Under the pieces are notes generated by a model that saw nothing but the letters and a program-made list of their open reading frames with translations, did no database searches and was not told where the DNA came from. Source: an uncultured Chlamydiae bacterium (lineage in GTDB: Bacteria > Chlamydiota > Chlamydiia > Chlamydiales > JAJFMA01). From it: a stretch of 64,000 bases of DNA. Shown one piece after another: positions 61,628 to 64,000 of this stretch. Numbering within the stretch: the first letter of the stretch is position 1; each line of letters starts with the position of its first letter. Both the position numbers and the translations under genes were made by a program. The stretch covers positions 2,976,001 through 3,040,000 of the forward strand of contig CAVQMM010000001.1 of NCBI GenBank assembly GCA_963713615.1. The letters run 5' to 3'.

Positions 61628-64000
61628 GTTAACTGCCGCACAGGCAGCTCAGAAATACATCGAACGAATGGTGCATGGGAGAACTTCGTTAACTGCCGCA
61701 CAGGCAGCTCAGAAAAGTAAGTTTACAAACCGCGGCTTCTGCGTAACGTTAACTGCCGCACAGGCAGCTCAGAAAACAAACAGGCAACACCTGAGAATCA
61801 TGCTGGAGTTAACTGCCGCACAGGCAGCTCAGAAAATGAAAGTCCTTCATCTCATGCTCTATGGACCGTTAACTGCCGCACAGGCAGCTCAGAAATAGCG
61901 CGTCGACCTTCTTTGCCACGCGCAATTGTTAACTGCCGCACAGGCAGCTCAGAAAAGAGGCTCATGTATCGCGTGCCAGTGCTCAAGGTTAACTGCCGCA
62001 CAGGCAGCTCAGAAAATAACCGTTGCCCTAGGCTCAGACTAAATTATGTTAACTGCCGCACAGGCAGCTCAGAAAACCCCGATGAAAACCTAAGCTATGA
62101 CCAATACGTTAACTGCCGCACAGGCAGCTCAGAAATGTCGGCACCAAAGGATTATAGACCATGTTTTGTTAACTGCCGCACAGGCAGCTCAGAAAAGGGA
62201 CTGAGTTAGAGGCTAGGCCACCTCCTGGTTAACTGCCGCACAGGCAGCTCAGAAATGACTAGCCGAAGCCGTCAGGCGCCTTACCTTGTTAACTGCCGCA
62301 CAGGCAGCTCAGAAATGAGCCAAGCTCGATTGCGTCTTGATCACTTCGTTAACTGCCGCACAGGCAGCTCAGAAATAGGCAAGCGGTCGAGCACCACTAC
62401 AAACTTAGTTAACTGCCGCACAGGCAGCTCAGAAAAATTACCTAAAAATCCTTGAGCACACCAATTTGTTAACTGCCGCACAGGCAGCTCAGAAACTGGT
62501 GCGAAATTACTAGCTACATGCAACCCTGTTAACTGCCGCACAGGCAGCTCAGAAAATGATGAAGATGATGCCTTCCGGTATGGTTCCGTTAACTGCCGCA
62601 CAGGCAGCTCAGAAAAACAGGTACTTTTGGAGTGGCAAAATGGGTCGGTTAACTGCCGCACAGGCAGCTCAGAAAACAATGCGCAGTATCGAATCCTATC
62701 CAATAACGTTAACTGCCGCACAGGCAGCTCAGAAAAAATACAGACATTAGCAGCCAACCAGAACCAAGTTAACTGCCGCACAGGCAGCTCAGAAAGAATT
62801 ATGGGAAGGCAGCCGAAGCCTATAAATGTTAACTGCCGCACAGGCAGCTCAGAAAGGTAACTGCGTTGGTTGCTGAGGTGGTAATGGGTTAACTGCCGCA
62901 CAGGCAGCTCAGAAACCCGAACATTATGGGATCTGCTGGTGGCCCATGTTAACTGCCGCACAGGCAGCTCAGAAATGCGAAAACAAATGGACGAAACAAA
63001 TGGGGTCGTTAACTGCCGCACAGGCAGCTCAGAAAATGTAAACCTGACGTGGACGGCTCATACAGGTGTTAACTGCCGCACAGGCAGCTCAGAAAAAGCC
63101 AATACCATTGGGAAACAACACTCTAATGTTAACTGCCGCACAGGCAGCTCAGAAAGCGATGATTGAGGAAGAGCGTAAATTCTACGAGTTAACTGCCGCA
63201 CAGGCAGCTCAGAAATAAAGGCGGAATAAAATCATGGTCGTGGACACGTTAACTGCCGCACAGGCAGCTCAGAAATGAAAGAAGAATTTCCATTACGCCC
63301 CTTAACAGTTAACTGCCGCACAGGCAGCTCAGAAAATAGGAGCGGCAGCGGGAACAGCAACCAGCACGTTAACTGCCGCACAGGCAGCTCAGAAATATCA
63401 CTGGAGCGGGCAGTTTCAACAAAATAAGTTAACTGCCGCACAGGCAGCTCAGAAAGAGGTGATCGGGGGTAAGGGTATAGTTGTGCTGTTAACTGCCGCA
63501 CAGGCAGCTCAGAAAAAATGGAAAGGAATAGTACAATGTATCATATAGTTAACTGCCGCACAGGCAGCTCAGAAATAGGGGCGAAGGAATTGGTCAAAGA
63601 TTGCAGTGTTAACTGCCGCACAGGCAGCTCAGAAAGCTTGCACGGTGCACAGCCGACGATATAGCTCGTTAACTGCCGCACAGGCAGCTCAGAAATTACG
63701 ACCAACGTTCCCGTGCCATAGATAGGGGTTAACTGCCGCACAGGCAGCTCAGAAAAGCGCATTAGGCGCAACAACAAGGGATAAAGAGTTAACTGCCGCA
63801 CAGGCAGCTCAGAAACGTTAGCCGTAGATCGGGGCACCAATAGCGCTGTTAACTGCCGCACAGGCAGCTCAGAAATTGTCCTCATACCATGCGAGCCAAC
63901 TCTCGTAGTTAACTGCCGCACAGGCAGCTCAGAAAAACGTTTCAAGCCGACGGATTGCGCAACAAATGTTAACTGCCGCACAGGCAGCTCAGAAAACTTA
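61628..64000 (+). CRISPR. Type I-F CRISPR array, repeat GTTAACTGCCGCACAGGCAGCTCAGAAA (28 bp), 40 repeats and 39 complete 32-bp spacers; continues past the window
   Basis: Exact 60-bp period from 61628 to the last full repeat at 63968-63995. Confidence 0.99.

Noticed and set aside
61656..63967. Self-targeting by main-array spacers within the window
   Set aside because: None noticed by eye; an exhaustive alignment could not be run
61668..63981. ORFs across the CRISPR array
   Set aside because: Artefacts of the 60-bp period (repeating VNCRTGSSE, SELPVRQLT)

Overview
A bacterial defence island heavily invaded by insertion sequences. Its left edge is probably a displaced 3' fragment of tRNA-Thr(CGT) at about 3038-3082, which looks like an att site. 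Defence-related cargo: an AlbA_2/Schlafen-like HATPase protein, an AAA_14/DUF4143 ATPase, a NucS-like nuclease, an AbiEi/AbiEii type IV TA pair, a six-gene type 1 BREX operon whose pglX is split by ISAs1, a SEC-C + SIR2-like protein, a frameshifted NERD-STAND NTPase, an MvaI/BcnI-family R-M pair between two inverted IS66-like elements, a RelE/HigA-type TA + FRG operon, and a complete type I-F CRISPR-Cas locus (cas1, cas2-3, csy1-4; 40 identical repeats running off the right edge). Mobile elements: two IS21 with expanded end-repeat arrays, three ISAs1, two IS66-like elements carrying a passenger gene, one IS701-like element, ISKra4 pieces, a DUF6399-like transposase and a small MITE. The most striking signal is an antisense two-repeat mini-array between cas3 and csy1. 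Its 25-nt spacer matches, next to a canonical CC PAM, a site about 60 bp upstream of csy1, with three of seven mismatches at the tolerated positions 6/12/18. This suggests crRNA-like autorepression of the csy operon. Family calls come from motif recognition only; no database searches were run.
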